The notes: generated by a model from the letters alone, not told the origin. A stretch of DNA of 64,000 nucleotides from a virus (IMGVR_UViG_3300049370_000001:6440-70439), one strand, 5' to 3'. Positions 45,673 to 55,307 are shown, numbered from the stretch's first letter. A program made the numbers and translations.

Positions 45673-45881
45673 GAGTCCAACTACCGTCAGGAGGGTTTGC
45701 AACGGTTTCGGCAAGCGTCACGCCCGAGACTCTCAAGGCGTTGGATGAAATGCTGGTAGCTGCCGCGAAGCAGTTTGCAAACGAATCGAAACGTGGGAGT
45801 GCGGAGCATGGGCCAGTCGCTAAACGCGACAGACCGGCTGGCCTTAGCTTTCGCCGTGCGGCGGGGAGTAAAGAGCGGTGA
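45669..45881 (+). CDS. Hypothetical protein
   Basis: 70 aa, GTGA coupling at both ends. Confidence 0.5.
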   Translation: MRVQLPSGGFATVSASVTPETLKALDEMLVAAAKQFANESKRGSAEHGPVAKRDRPAGLSFRRAAGSKER

Positions 45882-45922
45882 TCATCATCGGCATCGATCC
45901 AGGAATGGAGAAACCGTGGTAA
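45878..45922 (+). pseudogene. Original 5' stub of ruvC (MIIIGIDPG-MEKPW*)
   Basis: GTG ATC ATC ATC GGC ATC GAT CCA GGA duplicates the downstream ruvC N-terminus. Confidence 0.75.
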
Positions 45923-46488
45923 CTGAGGCCAGCAACCTGGAAACCGCTTCCCTATTGAGGCTCCCACTCGAAAGCCATCTCGCGTACTTAGCTGGACTGG
46001 TTGATGGTGAGGGCTATATCGGGATAGTGAGACGCGAAGCGTCACGTGTTAATAGACGCCTTAGCCCGAAACATACGGTCCGAATTTCGGTGGCCATGTG
46101 CGAGCGAGCGCCGTTGGACTTTATGTGCCACGTACTCATGTTGCCGATCGGAAAGTTTCGATTAAAAAGTCGCGGCAGAAAGGCTCACATCCACCGCGAT
46201 TGCTGGGTTATCGATCTCGAAAACGATCACGCGGCGGAAGTTGCCAAGTTGTTGGCCCCTTTCCTTCTAGTTAAGAGAAGACAGGCCCGTTTAGTTGTAG
46301 AGCTTCGACGTTTGCAGCGTTCAACCACAAAGCGTGACAGATCGGAACCGTCCAGCGTTTTGCAGTTCAAGGGCGGCGTTAATGCAGGACACGACTATGT
46401 TGTCAGGAAGACATCGGAGCAACACCTTGCCCTATGCGAAGCCATTTACCAAGAGTGCAAAGCCCTCAATAAGAGAGGGCCAAGATGA
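45916..46488 (+). CDS. LAGLIDADG homing endonuclease
   Basis: HLAYLAGLVDGEGYIGI, and LLAPFLLVKRRQA; SD GGAG then GTG 45916. Confidence 0.88.
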   Translation: MVTEASNLETASLLRLPLESHLAYLAGLVDGEGYIGIVRREASRVNRRLSPKHTVRISVAMCERAPLDFMCHVLMLPIGKFRLKSRGRKAHIHRDCWVIDLENDHAAEVAKLLAPFLLVKRRQARLVVELRRLQRSTTKRDRSEPSSVLQFKGGVNAGHDYVVRKTSEQHLALCEAIYQECKALNKRGPR

Positions 46489-47078
46489 TAATTCTCGGCA
46501 TCGACCCCGGCCAATCGGGCGGCATCGCCAAGCTGAAGCAAGACGGTGCGCACTGGTATCCGTCAGCGATCCCCATGCCATCAACTGAAGACGGCATAGC
46601 CGATTACCTGTGGACCATGCAAGAAGAGGCTCAGAAAGAAAAGATTGAGATCATCTGCTTTCTCGAACAGGTCCAGGTGATGCCCGCGATCCGGCGCGTC
46701 AAAGGTCCGAACGGTGAGAAGCGGGAAGAGGTAAACGCTGGCATCGTCAGCACAGCAAAGTTCATGCAGGGCTACGGCTTTCTGCGCGGCTGCTTGATCA
46801 CGATCGGCATGACGGTTGAAGACATCCGCCCGCAAGCCTGGCAGAAGCTTTTAGGCTGCATGACTCGCGGCAATAAGAACGTGAGCAAGGCGAAAGCACA
46901 GCAACTATTCCCGACGCTTCAGATTACACACAAGATCGCCGATGCCCTTTTGATAGCCGAAGCTGGCCGAAAGATCAGAATGGGGTTGAGCGCGGGAGCA
47001 TTATTCGACAAGAAAGCCTGGTGTTATGCCGTGGGAGAAAAACAGCGTGAAGCAAAAGCCAGAAAAGAAACGAAGTAA
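46485..47078 (+). CDS. ruvC: RuvC-like Holliday junction resolvase
   Basis: IILGIDPG, FLEQV, F..GYG, RPQAWQK, IADALLIA. Confidence 0.85.
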   Translation: MIILGIDPGQSGGIAKLKQDGAHWYPSAIPMPSTEDGIADYLWTMQEEAQKEKIEIICFLEQVQVMPAIRRVKGPNGEKREEVNAGIVSTAKFMQGYGFLRGCLITIGMTVEDIRPQAWQKLLGCMTRGNKNVSKAKAQQLFPTLQITHKIADALLIAEAGRKIRMGLSAGALFDKKAWCYAVGEKQREAKARKETK

Positions 47079-47178
47079 ACCACGCTCGCGCAAGGCGAAA
47101 CCAAAACCGGCGAAGCCTCCACGGATAAGACTCAACCATCTGCCGTACGCACCAAAGGAAGAATAGGAGCAAACAGCG

Positions 47179-47838
47179 GTGACCAAGACGTTGACAGAGT
47201 TCGAACCGATGTCTTTTGACGATCCGCGCGCAAAGACATTTCAATGTCCGCATTGCGACGCAAAACTGCAATTCAAGGTTCAAGTCGGTGTGTACGGCGT
47301 GTTCGAGATAAACGAAAACAACGAATTGGTTCCAAAACCGCCGCCTAAGCCAGCGCCGGCCAAAGACCGCTTCACGCGCCAAGAGCGGGCGCTGTTAGAG
47401 TCACTGAGAGAGGCGGGACTTTACACGGCCTTTGAAGCTGCTGCGCGCGCATCGCTCTACACCAACGCGAAGGATATGGAGCGTTACCTGTTGACGTTTC
47501 TCCAGAGCGCCGTGCCTGTGAAGACGCCGCAGTTCGCTATACGGCAATGCTTACCGGAGGACGAAGCCACCGGCGATCTCGAGTTGTGGCAGCTCAACAC
47601 GGTGACTGCCGTCATTGCGGACGGAGAAATTCGGGCCTTCTTTCCTGTTGATCTGATCAAGGGACGTCCGTTGCGGACAAAGCTTCAGAGCAACGGGAAA
47701 ACAATTACCGCGGAAAAAGAGACGATAACCGTCAGCGATTGGGTGAGGACGCGAAACGGCTACGTCGCAGGACGCGGGCTGCTGTTCAAGGAGCTCCGCG
47801 GCAAGGCTGCCGGAGCTTTCGCTAACACAGGAATCTGA
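47179..47838 (+). CDS. Hypothetical protein with N-terminal CPHC
   Basis: 219 aa, SD AGGAG. Confidence 0.65.
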   Translation: MTKTLTEFEPMSFDDPRAKTFQCPHCDAKLQFKVQVGVYGVFEINENNELVPKPPPKPAPAKDRFTRQERALLESLREAGLYTAFEAAARASLYTNAKDMERYLLTFLQSAVPVKTPQFAIRQCLPEDEATGDLELWQLNTVTAVIADGEIRAFFPVDLIKGRPLRTKLQSNGKTITAEKETITVSDWVRTRNGYVAGRGLLFKELRGKAAGAFANTGI

Positions 47839-48026
47839 TGCCGCACACTCACGCACCAAGAGGGAAACGGATCAGAGTCGTCTTAAAGGACGGTTCAGTA
47901 TTCGTTGACAAGTTTATCGAGCATCGGTCGCGTGATGTCGTGTTTAAGGAAAGAACAGTAGCACTAAGTTTGATTAAGTCGTTTTCGATCTGGCGTACAC
48001 CGCCATATGAAATGAAAGGGAGTTGA
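47838..48026 (+). CDS. Small conserved phage protein
   Basis: HTHAPRGKRIRVVLKDG..FVDKF. Confidence 0.6.
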   Translation: MPHTHAPRGKRIRVVLKDGSVFVDKFIEHRSRDVVFKERTVALSLIKSFSIWRTPPYEMKGS

Positions 48027-48027
48027 G

Positions 48028-49131
48028 TTGAGCGAAACATCATCAAATCTGTCCTTGAACCTGTCGCACACGGCCCTGTGGTTCGCCATGAGTGCGGCGC
48101 GCGTCTCGGGTCTTAACTCAGTTGTCAATGAATCTTGGGTATCCGATGCGGGATCGCTGGATGGCGTAATGAAGCGCTTTATTGGCGACGCTGGCGAGTT
48201 GATCTTTGAAGACTTGCGGCCCTCGTCTGGGTATCACGAAGCGGTGTTCAGATCAGCGGCAACGCTCCTGCGCGTGTCTAAAGAGAGGCGGGATTTTAAC
48301 TGCTCGATCTTTAGCGCGAGTTTGCTGGACGCTGAACAGACGCTTGATGAATTGCGCCGAATGCTCCCGCCGGCTGAGCGCAAACAAAAACTGTTAGACG
48401 TAACGTTCTGGTACTCAACCGCGAACGGCCCACGTCGATATGATCGACAACTCCAAGCGCCGGGATGGAAAGAGATCGAAGCTAACTATCCAGTCACCAC
48501 GCGGGAGAAACTCGCCAGCCTGCAAGCCGTCGAACTAGCCGAAGGTTCGGGCAAGTTAATCCTATGGCAAGGTGAACCCGGCACAGGGAAGACCTTCGCA
48601 CTTCGGGCGCTTGGCGAGGAATGGGCCTCGTGGTGCCGCATTCACTACGTGCTTGACCCGGAGAGGTTTTTTACAGAAGGCTACTATCTGCTCAACGTTA
48701 TTCTCGAAGAAGAAAGCGGCGCGTCTCGCTTGCTTGGCGGCCCGAACGGCACAACCGATACTAGGCCAACGTGGCGATTGATTGTCTTAGAAGACGCGGG
48801 CGAGATGTTGGCAAAGGATGCCAAGTTGCAAGTTGGACAGGGACTCGCCCGATTACTAAACCTCTGTGACGGTCTACTTGGTCAAGGCTTGCGTGTCTTG
48901 GTTCTAATCACAACAAACGAGCAAGTCGGAACACTTCACGCTGCCGTGTCGCGTCCCGGACGCTGCTTGTCTCAGATCGTCTTCGAGAAGTTCGATGTCG
49001 CAAGCGCAAATCAATGGCTACGCGAACACGGGTCAGAAACCTCAGTAATCAAAAGCGCCGCCCTCGCAGATCTGTATGCGCTCGCACATGGCGTGCAGAT
49101 TCCAGAACGACAAGTTGCCGGATTCAAGTAG
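48028..49131 (+). CDS. AAA+ ATPase (DUF5925-associated type)
   Basis: Walker A GEPGTGKT, Walker B IVLED, LLNLCDGLLGQG, TTN, RPGR. Confidence 0.85.
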   Translation: MSETSSNLSLNLSHTALWFAMSAARVSGLNSVVNESWVSDAGSLDGVMKRFIGDAGELIFEDLRPSSGYHEAVFRSAATLLRVSKERRDFNCSIFSASLLDAEQTLDELRRMLPPAERKQKLLDVTFWYSTANGPRRYDRQLQAPGWKEIEANYPVTTREKLASLQAVELAEGSGKLILWQGEPGTGKTFALRALGEEWASWCRIHYVLDPERFFTEGYYLLNVILEEESGASRLLGGPNGTTDTRPTWRLIVLEDAGEMLAKDAKLQVGQGLARLLNLCDGLLGQGLRVLVLITTNEQVGTLHAAVSRPGRCLSQIVFEKFDVASANQWLREHGSETSVIKSAALADLYALAHGVQIPERQVAGFK

Positions 49132-49146
49132 AAAAAGAGGTGATCA

Positions 49147-49353
49147 ATGGAACCTAACAACTGTCCTAAACCAGACTGCGGCAGACCAGAATCAACTCAT
49201 AGATGGAGTGCTGGTAAAAGACTCTCTATCTGTGGCAATGGTCATTCATGGGATCCAAAAGAAACCGCCGAGCAGAGAGCCAAGAAGTTAGACGCAATCG
49301 ACAAGCGCAACCGTGAAGACATGAGACGTCTCTTCGGAGATCGTTATGCGTGA
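49147..49353 (+). CDS. Small Zn-ribbon protein
   Basis: CPKPDC...CGNGHSW. Confidence 0.55.
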   Translation: MEPNNCPKPDCGRPESTHRWSAGKRLSICGNGHSWDPKETAEQRAKKLDAIDKRNREDMRRLFGDRYA

Positions 49354-49429
49354 AAACCGGCCACGGTAATCAAGGAGGCATGCTAAACTCGGAAAGTTTT
49401 AATATTTTAAACGAAAGGAGATCTCCGGG

Positions 49430-49513
49430 ATGGCTAAAGCAACGAAGGAAACGAAGAGCACTCCAAAGCCGAAGGCGAAGAGCGGAACCAAAAAGCCTGC
49501 GGTCAAAAAGTAA
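49430..49513 (+). CDS. 27-aa Lys-rich peptide
   Basis: Strong SD GAAAGGAG; MAKATKETKSTPKPKAKSGTKKPAVKK. Confidence 0.55.
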   Translation: MAKATKETKSTPKPKAKSGTKKPAVKK

Positions 49514-49633
49514 ATCTTCGTTACCAGGTGGAATCTTTCGAGGCCGTCAGTGTCGGGGGAAACGAAACTGGCGGTCTTTTTATTGATTGGCCCCTTCGGA
49601 ATCGGCCCAGTAGGAAGCTGAGAGAATAGAGAT

Positions 49634-50104
49634 ATGAAACCAGTGTTTCAGACGGTCATGGATAACAAGAAGGGCAATTGCCTGAGCGCCGCTATCGCGT
49701 CCATCTTGGAGCTTGATATAGCGGAAGTTCCGAACTTCGATGTCCTGAATGGCGACTTCATGCCACGAGTTAATGAGTGGCTCCGCCCGCTCGGCTATGC
49801 GTGGTTTCGCACGGTTCAGCCGCGCTTATTTCGCGGCGAAGGATTGCAGGATGTCGGAAGGCTGCCTGATACCGGAACGGAGATCGTTCACCACCCACTA
49901 CCAGATGGCGATGGCGTTCTTTGTTTAGTAACTGGTAAATCGCCGCGCGGGGAATGGTGTCATTCAGTCGTCGGGCGCATGGTCGGTTTTAACTTCGAAC
50001 TGCTGCACGATCCGCATCCGAGCGGCTCCGGAATCGAAGGGCTGCCCTTGTGTGTTGAATTCCTTATTCCGCCTCAACCCGGCGGCGATGAAAGTGTTGG
50101 TTAG
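49634..50104 (+). CDS. Conserved phage protein, possible Cys-His (papain-like) fold
   Basis: GNCLSAAIASILEL...HSVVG...LHDPHPS. Confidence 0.65.
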   Translation: MKPVFQTVMDNKKGNCLSAAIASILELDIAEVPNFDVLNGDFMPRVNEWLRPLGYAWFRTVQPRLFRGEGLQDVGRLPDTGTEIVHHPLPDGDGVLCLVTGKSPRGEWCHSVVGRMVGFNFELLHDPHPSGSGIEGLPLCVEFLIPPQPGGDESVG

Positions 50105-50126
50105 CTCTCTATAGGTAAGGTAAGGC

Positions 50127-50351
50127 GTGAACTCGGGTGCGGTAAACATTTACCCAATTCAATACTTGCTGCATGATCCAATCGAGCGCAAGATGCGCGA
50201 CGTGAGACGCCTCATTAGAAACTTATGCTTCTGGATTTTAGGATTGAAGGACTGCGCGAGCTGCCACGCGGTTCTGACTGAAACCCACAACCTCGAAACG
50301 CCGCTTTGTCTGCATTGTTTTAGGGAAAGATTAGTCGGGGCTGGTCAGTAG
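50127..50351 (+). CDS. Small Zn-finger hypothetical protein
   Basis: CASC...CLHC; start uncertain. Confidence 0.4.
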   Translation: MNSGAVNIYPIQYLLHDPIERKMRDVRRLIRNLCFWILGLKDCASCHAVLTETHNLETPLCLHCFRERLVGAGQ

Positions 50352-52361
50352 TTCGCGGAACGAAAGCGAGCACTCCAACAACGTCCGACCACTTGAGCTC
50401 GCCCGGTGCCACTCAATCTCAATTTCATCGCCTTGTAATCGACAATACTTCAACCAGCTAATTCGATTTACATCCGCCAAAGTGGGAACGGAACCGTCAA
50501 AGCTAAGAGTCTCAGTCCCGTCCAAATTATCAACCGTGCCGGTAACTCGCAGACAGGTAAAGGTGGAGTCATTGAGGATGAAGCAAACGTCCCTTCTGGC
50601 GCTGTGCAGGTTATACCGCTGCGTGTAGCCGATAGACTGGATGGTAAGTGTGCTCCCACCCCCGGAAACGGCTTGCAGGTCATTCTCCCAGCTCACCACC
50701 CACAACGGAGTTGATTGTCCCAGCCTCGTATCCAGCCAGCCAAAGAAGTCAGCCATGCCCGCCCGATCTCGATAAAGCAGCCTGACAGGAATCGATCTTG
50801 CCGTGCCTGTATCACCTGAGAGTTGTTCAAGGGCGCCGGTCTTATTGTCGAGCGTGTTAACTCTGCGGAAGTCCTGGATTGATACTTCTTGCAGGAAATC
50901 GACCCGGACCCGCTCAAGGTTAAAAATTTCCTCATCGCGATACGTTAATGTGGGCGTGAACTCTGCCGCGCGGTTAGTCGACAACTCGCCTGAAAGGATT
51001 TGAAACTCCAGTGTGTCGCTTTCGCGGTCTGCCGCGTGCGACTTGATCTTGTTTTGGATCAACTTGGCCTTGCGGACCGGGCGCACCGAAGTACCAGTCG
51101 GCCAATCGTTCGCCAGGGTGCCAACAATCTCGATCTCCGTTTCCGAGACGGTATCTATCACACAAGTTTCGTAGTCGTCCCAGGTGCCAAGTCTCAACCG
51201 GGAGCCAACTTCAAAGTCTCGGCCTATAGTGTCGAGTGAGATCGTGTTGTCTCCTGTGTCGGCATCGGCAGTTAAAGGCGTTCGGTCATTGGAAATCGGA
51301 ATCAAGTAAGTTTGGGCCGGCTTAAAAAGTTGCGCATTCAGAATTGCTTTTGCTCGCGGACTTGAAGGCGTGACTTGGTATTGCAGTGTGCGCGACGGTC
51401 CGTGCGCTCTTAACGTGATTCGCTGCTCGTAATCCGTGCGGCTCGGGATAACGTCGGTGAAGTATGAAAGCTGTTCGTTGATCGGAATCATCCCGTCGCC
51501 AAACGGCTGGGCGAAGTTGTGATCGAACGGAAACTCGACTAATTCTTCCTGTGTGGTGTCGAGAGTGAGAGTTGAGCGGATTGTCAGTCTTGAGCGCAGA
51601 GGTAGGACCAGTCTTGCGGCGTCGTAATGGGCTCGCACTCGTGGCCCCGTTAGTGAGTGTGTGTACCATGCAACCTCATCATGGCGGGCGTTGTTATAAA
51701 AGCCAGTCGACGGTTGCACGACAAAGGGGCTGCTGTTGAAAAGAGTCGGCAGTCCCGAGGTAATGATCGTCGTGGTTCGCAGCGAGCCATTTATATACAA
51801 GGCCAGAGTGTTACCAACTCGGGTTACTACGACGTGAAACGATTCTCCCAGGTGATCGATGACGCGGAACGACGTATCAATGACGTCCCAGCGAGTAGCT
51901 GTTGCGCCGTCCCAATCAAAGACGAATCCGCCGATCCGGGTGTTAGCACCACCACAGAGCATTGTGCCGCCTGAGCCTTGCTTCTGCGCCATTGCGAAGT
52001 CGATAGCTCCCGGCCGCTCATCCATTGGGCGCAACCATTCTTCGATAGCAAAATCTCCGCTGACAGTCAGCAGAGCATCCGAGGCTCGCGTGATGCGTGA
52101 CACGCCGCCCAAAGTCTCAAATGGTGCCGGTGCACCGCCTGATGCCGTGTAGCCCCAAAACTCTGTGCTTGATCCGTCTGTTTCAATAGGTGAGGTAAGA
52201 CCCCATGCTTCATCCGTGCCACTAACAACCAATGAGCCATCAAGACCGTTGCCAGACAGATCGGGAACTGTTTGCCCGTCAGTGGCAGGTGGATCTACAT
52301 CGAGCCTCCAAAAAAGAGCGGGCGAATCTTCAAGTACAGTATCTTCGTAACTGGTAGGCAT
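50331..52361 (-). CDS. Tail protein with N-terminal LamG/ConA-like domain
   Basis: WRLD...DLSGNGL.G, FAIEEW, FHVVVTR.GNTLALYING, DEVAWY...L; C-terminal distal-tail-like region. Confidence 0.75.
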   Translation of the reverse strand: MPTSYEDTVLEDSPALFWRLDVDPPATDGQTVPDLSGNGLDGSLVVSGTDEAWGLTSPIETDGSSTEFWGYTASGGAPAPFETLGGVSRITRASDALLTVSGDFAIEEWLRPMDERPGAIDFAMAQKQGSGGTMLCGGANTRIGGFVFDWDGATATRWDVIDTSFRVIDHLGESFHVVVTRVGNTLALYINGSLRTTTIITSGLPTLFNSSPFVVQPSTGFYNNARHDEVAWYTHSLTGPRVRAHYDAARLVLPLRSRLTIRSTLTLDTTQEELVEFPFDHNFAQPFGDGMIPINEQLSYFTDVIPSRTDYEQRITLRAHGPSRTLQYQVTPSSPRAKAILNAQLFKPAQTYLIPISNDRTPLTADADTGDNTISLDTIGRDFEVGSRLRLGTWDDYETCVIDTVSETEIEIVGTLANDWPTGTSVRPVRKAKLIQNKIKSHAADRESDTLEFQILSGELSTNRAAEFTPTLTYRDEEIFNLERVRVDFLQEVSIQDFRRVNTLDNKTGALEQLSGDTGTARSIPVRLLYRDRAGMADFFGWLDTRLGQSTPLWVVSWENDLQAVSGGGSTLTIQSIGYTQRYNLHSARRDVCFILNDSTFTCLRVTGTVDNLDGTETLSFDGSVPTLADVNRISWLKYCRLQGDEIEIEWHRASSSGRTLLECSLSFRELLTSPD

Positions 52362-55307
52362 TTATTTAACGTCTTGTGATCGCGCGATCTCGTATATGTT
52401 TGTGCCGTCACTCCAGCCCTGAAATATATCGATGGCATTAGGCGTCGATGTAATTGTTGGAGGTGATCCGCCCGTCCATTTCCATGAACTGTCCCACGTG
52501 AGGTTATTGCCGCCTCCGGCGCTTTGCTGGACTATTAAAGTGAGAATCGTGCCGTCTTTGGGGTTGGTCGCCGCATTAACATTAGTGTGAGTGCCATCGA
52601 GCAAAATCTTACGAACGTTTCCGACATCGAAATTGATCACCCAGTTAGTGCCGGAGGTCGTTGCGTTTTCTGTTGGTGAGTAGAGAGTACCCGCGTGGCT
52701 TGGCGGTACATCGTGATCTGAGACAACCGCCATCTGACCATTGCGCGGTAGCCAAAAACCAACCACGAGCGAGGTTGAGCCAAAGCCGAGTACTCCCTGC
52801 GTCGGCTCAATCAACACATCCACGCGACTAGAAGTGGCAAAAAACAAGTTGACCGCGTGTTTCCCGGCGACGCTAAAGTGAAACTGATCAGAGCCTTCAA
52901 CCCATAGACCGGTTGTGGTCTGTGTGGTGAACGAAATAGCGGGCGCTGATGCACCATTATCAGAGAACCGCATTGATGTCCCGCTGTTCACCGTGGTTAT
53001 GCTTGAACTCGTGCGTGTGATATTTGAATCAGCAAATGTGCCTGCGTTGTTGTAGGGCATTACGCCGCTCGTTGGGTTTGTCCCGCCGCCGCCTGCTGAT
53101 GTCATGCCGCGTTGCGTGTACCAGTTTGAACCGTCGGAAAACAGACGAATGCCTTGATTCTCTTCCAAGTCGATCGACACGTCTCCGTCTACTGTCGAGT
53201 CGGTTGGCGTGATCGTGAGAGTGCCGACGCCGCGATTCTCTACGTCAACAAACCACTCTTCATCGAAGCCGGTCGATCCTGCTTCGGGTAAGGTGGCGGC
53301 TATTGGTGAGGCATTCGAGAAAGAAACGAGCTTTGATCGATCAGTCGTATCAAAGGTATAGGTCGTGCCTGTTTGAAGATTCACGCCGCCGAGCGATTGC
53401 GGCGCTACCAACGTCGGGATCAATTCCCCGTCTGGTCCCATAACCCACGTTTCGCCCTCGTCGAGTAGGTCTTCAGCAAGCGGTTGCGTGCGCAGGCCAA
53501 CAACAGTCAGTTCGGGGAGATATCCGGTAACATCTCCGGTCAACAAGCCAACTTGCGCATCAGTCCATGTACCACCCGAAACATCGTAGAACTTTCCATC
53601 AGCTTCGTTATAAACTCTTGTATCGTCATCCTGTGAGGTGAAGGTCCACGTACCGTCAAAGTAAGTAGCAACGGTCCCGTCCTGTCCGGCAAAGTCTCCA
53701 GTCGCGCCCGCGTCAACAATGTAGGCATCACCATTTAAGGGTGAGACTGGAGGCGTTAGGGCAACTGAGTTAACCGACTGCGGATCGCCATCATCAAGCA
53801 CGGAATCTGCTTCAACCGGATTTATCCAGTTAAAATCAACGACTTCGCCGTACATTTCGGCTCCAAAACCAAAACGATCTAATACACAGTCGAGCGTGAT
53901 GGTGTTTTGCGTCAGTGAGCCGAGGTCGATTCGCGAGACACGGTAGATCTCCTGAACAATGCCGTACTCCGGCCAGGAGAAGCGGAAAGCACTGCCGGGT
54001 GAGAAGTTAAAAGCCTCGCGATTGACTTTAATTTTTAAGTGCTTGAGTGGGAGAGCAAGGGCCAACCCTTCACGTGAAGCTAACTTATTCGCGGTGGTTT
54101 TATTTCCAACTGGATGATGCAGGGTAACAGGTTCACGCTCACCGCGAATGCGGTGGTTTGTTAACGATCTCCATGTAGCCGATGCTTTCTTGAAGTCAGT
54201 GGCGATCTCAAGAAAATCGATTCGGACTTCGTTAACAGCTTCGTCCGGCGTTCGGGTTGTGTAAGACAGAACCTCAACGATGTTTGATTGATCGAGTAGC
54301 GGTAAAAGGCTGGGCGTGTAATCCCGTCGGATTAAATTAAACGTCCACTTGCCTGTAGTGGGTGAAGTGAACAATGCTCCATCACAGAGGTCAACCATTC
54401 GCTGTAGCACACCTTGAACTTCCTCGTCCCGGTCCCAAACAAACGAGGTTCCATATCCTTCGTCGTAAAGCGTCTCGGAAGCTGCTTCGAAGCTGGTGAT
54501 GTCAATCTGCGAGCTCGGAACGCCCATGCCATAGACCGTTGAGGTTAACAGGTCAACGATCACGTGCGCCGGGTTCGCTTCACCACTGATATTGTGAAAG
54601 CCATCGCCTAACAGATCGGGACAGCGGCGCACCTTAAACGCAAAGGGGCGAATGTAGTTTGTTCGCGAGACGTATCCCGAATACTTGATCTTTGCGTCTC
54701 GACCCTTGGCCCTGCCTGGGCCACCGTAATAAAGCATCGCCACGCCGCGGTGAGCCGGCGGATGCGAGCGCTGAGTGGCGTAGTAGGCATTCCGGGATTG
54801 CGTGTAAGTGCCAGAGGCGAAGTCACACACCGCATACATGCCGCCTTCAGATCCAAAAGCCCCATGAGCATCAATCGTGAAAGTCGATCCACCTGTGACC
54901 GTTCCTGAGTAGAGGGTTTTGTCGGCCGCGTAAACCTTCTCGAGCACGACGTCTTCGCCAAGGCACATGGCGATCGTCATTCCGAGGTAGTAGCGGTAAC
55001 CAAACGGAAGCAGGTTTATTAACGGAATGACCGGGAACAAGTAGCTAAGAATGCCGCCGGTTGTGAGGTGGATCGGAGTGCGTTTGAAGTCGTACCAGTC
55101 AATGATCTGCGGACTGTCGAGTTTGACCGTTCCGGCGACATAGGGAATCTTGCGAGTGGGATCGATTTCAGGGTAGTCGAAGTCCTTCAGGCTCTTTCGA
55201 TTGAGCCGGGCAGAGATCGAGGCCATGACAATCGACACGCCGACTTGAATGCCGGCATCGATGCCCATGCTCGAGAAACTAAATCCGCTGGCTTTGCCTT
55301 GAGGCAT
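52362..55307 (-). CDS. Central tail/host-specificity protein with DUF2793-like segment
   Basis: IPYVAGT, NPAHVIVDLLT...GMG, FNLIRRDY; PPVSPLNGDAYIV..GATGDFAGQDG..A.YFDG.W.F. Confidence 0.82.
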   Translation of the reverse strand: MPQGKASGFSFSSMGIDAGIQVGVSIVMASISARLNRKSLKDFDYPEIDPTRKIPYVAGTVKLDSPQIIDWYDFKRTPIHLTTGGILSYLFPVIPLINLLPFGYRYYLGMTIAMCLGEDVVLEKVYAADKTLYSGTVTGGSTFTIDAHGAFGSEGGMYAVCDFASGTYTQSRNAYYATQRSHPPAHRGVAMLYYGGPGRAKGRDAKIKYSGYVSRTNYIRPFAFKVRRCPDLLGDGFHNISGEANPAHVIVDLLTSTVYGMGVPSSQIDITSFEAASETLYDEGYGTSFVWDRDEEVQGVLQRMVDLCDGALFTSPTTGKWTFNLIRRDYTPSLLPLLDQSNIVEVLSYTTRTPDEAVNEVRIDFLEIATDFKKASATWRSLTNHRIRGEREPVTLHHPVGNKTTANKLASREGLALALPLKHLKIKVNREAFNFSPGSAFRFSWPEYGIVQEIYRVSRIDLGSLTQNTITLDCVLDRFGFGAEMYGEVVDFNWINPVEADSVLDDGDPQSVNSVALTPPVSPLNGDAYIVDAGATGDFAGQDGTVATYFDGTWTFTSQDDDTRVYNEADGKFYDVSGGTWTDAQVGLLTGDVTGYLPELTVVGLRTQPLAEDLLDEGETWVMGPDGELIPTLVAPQSLGGVNLQTGTTYTFDTTDRSKLVSFSNASPIAATLPEAGSTGFDEEWFVDVENRGVGTLTITPTDSTVDGDVSIDLEENQGIRLFSDGSNWYTQRGMTSAGGGGTNPTSGVMPYNNAGTFADSNITRTSSSITTVNSGTSMRFSDNGASAPAISFTTQTTTGLWVEGSDQFHFSVAGKHAVNLFFATSSRVDVLIEPTQGVLGFGSTSLVVGFWLPRNGQMAVVSDHDVPPSHAGTLYSPTENATTSGTNWVINFDVGNVRKILLDGTHTNVNAATNPKDGTILTLIVQQSAGGGNNLTWDSSWKWTGGSPPTITSTPNAIDIFQGWSDGTNIYEIARSQDVK

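Noticed and set aside
45878-46500. Group I intron around the LAGLIDADG gene
   Set aside because: No P/Q/R/S core or room for one was recognised, and the downstream ruvC has its own complete, coupled start.
50331-55307. Diversity-generating retroelement targeting tail genes
   Set aside because: No reverse transcriptase and no TR/VR pair were seen in the window.
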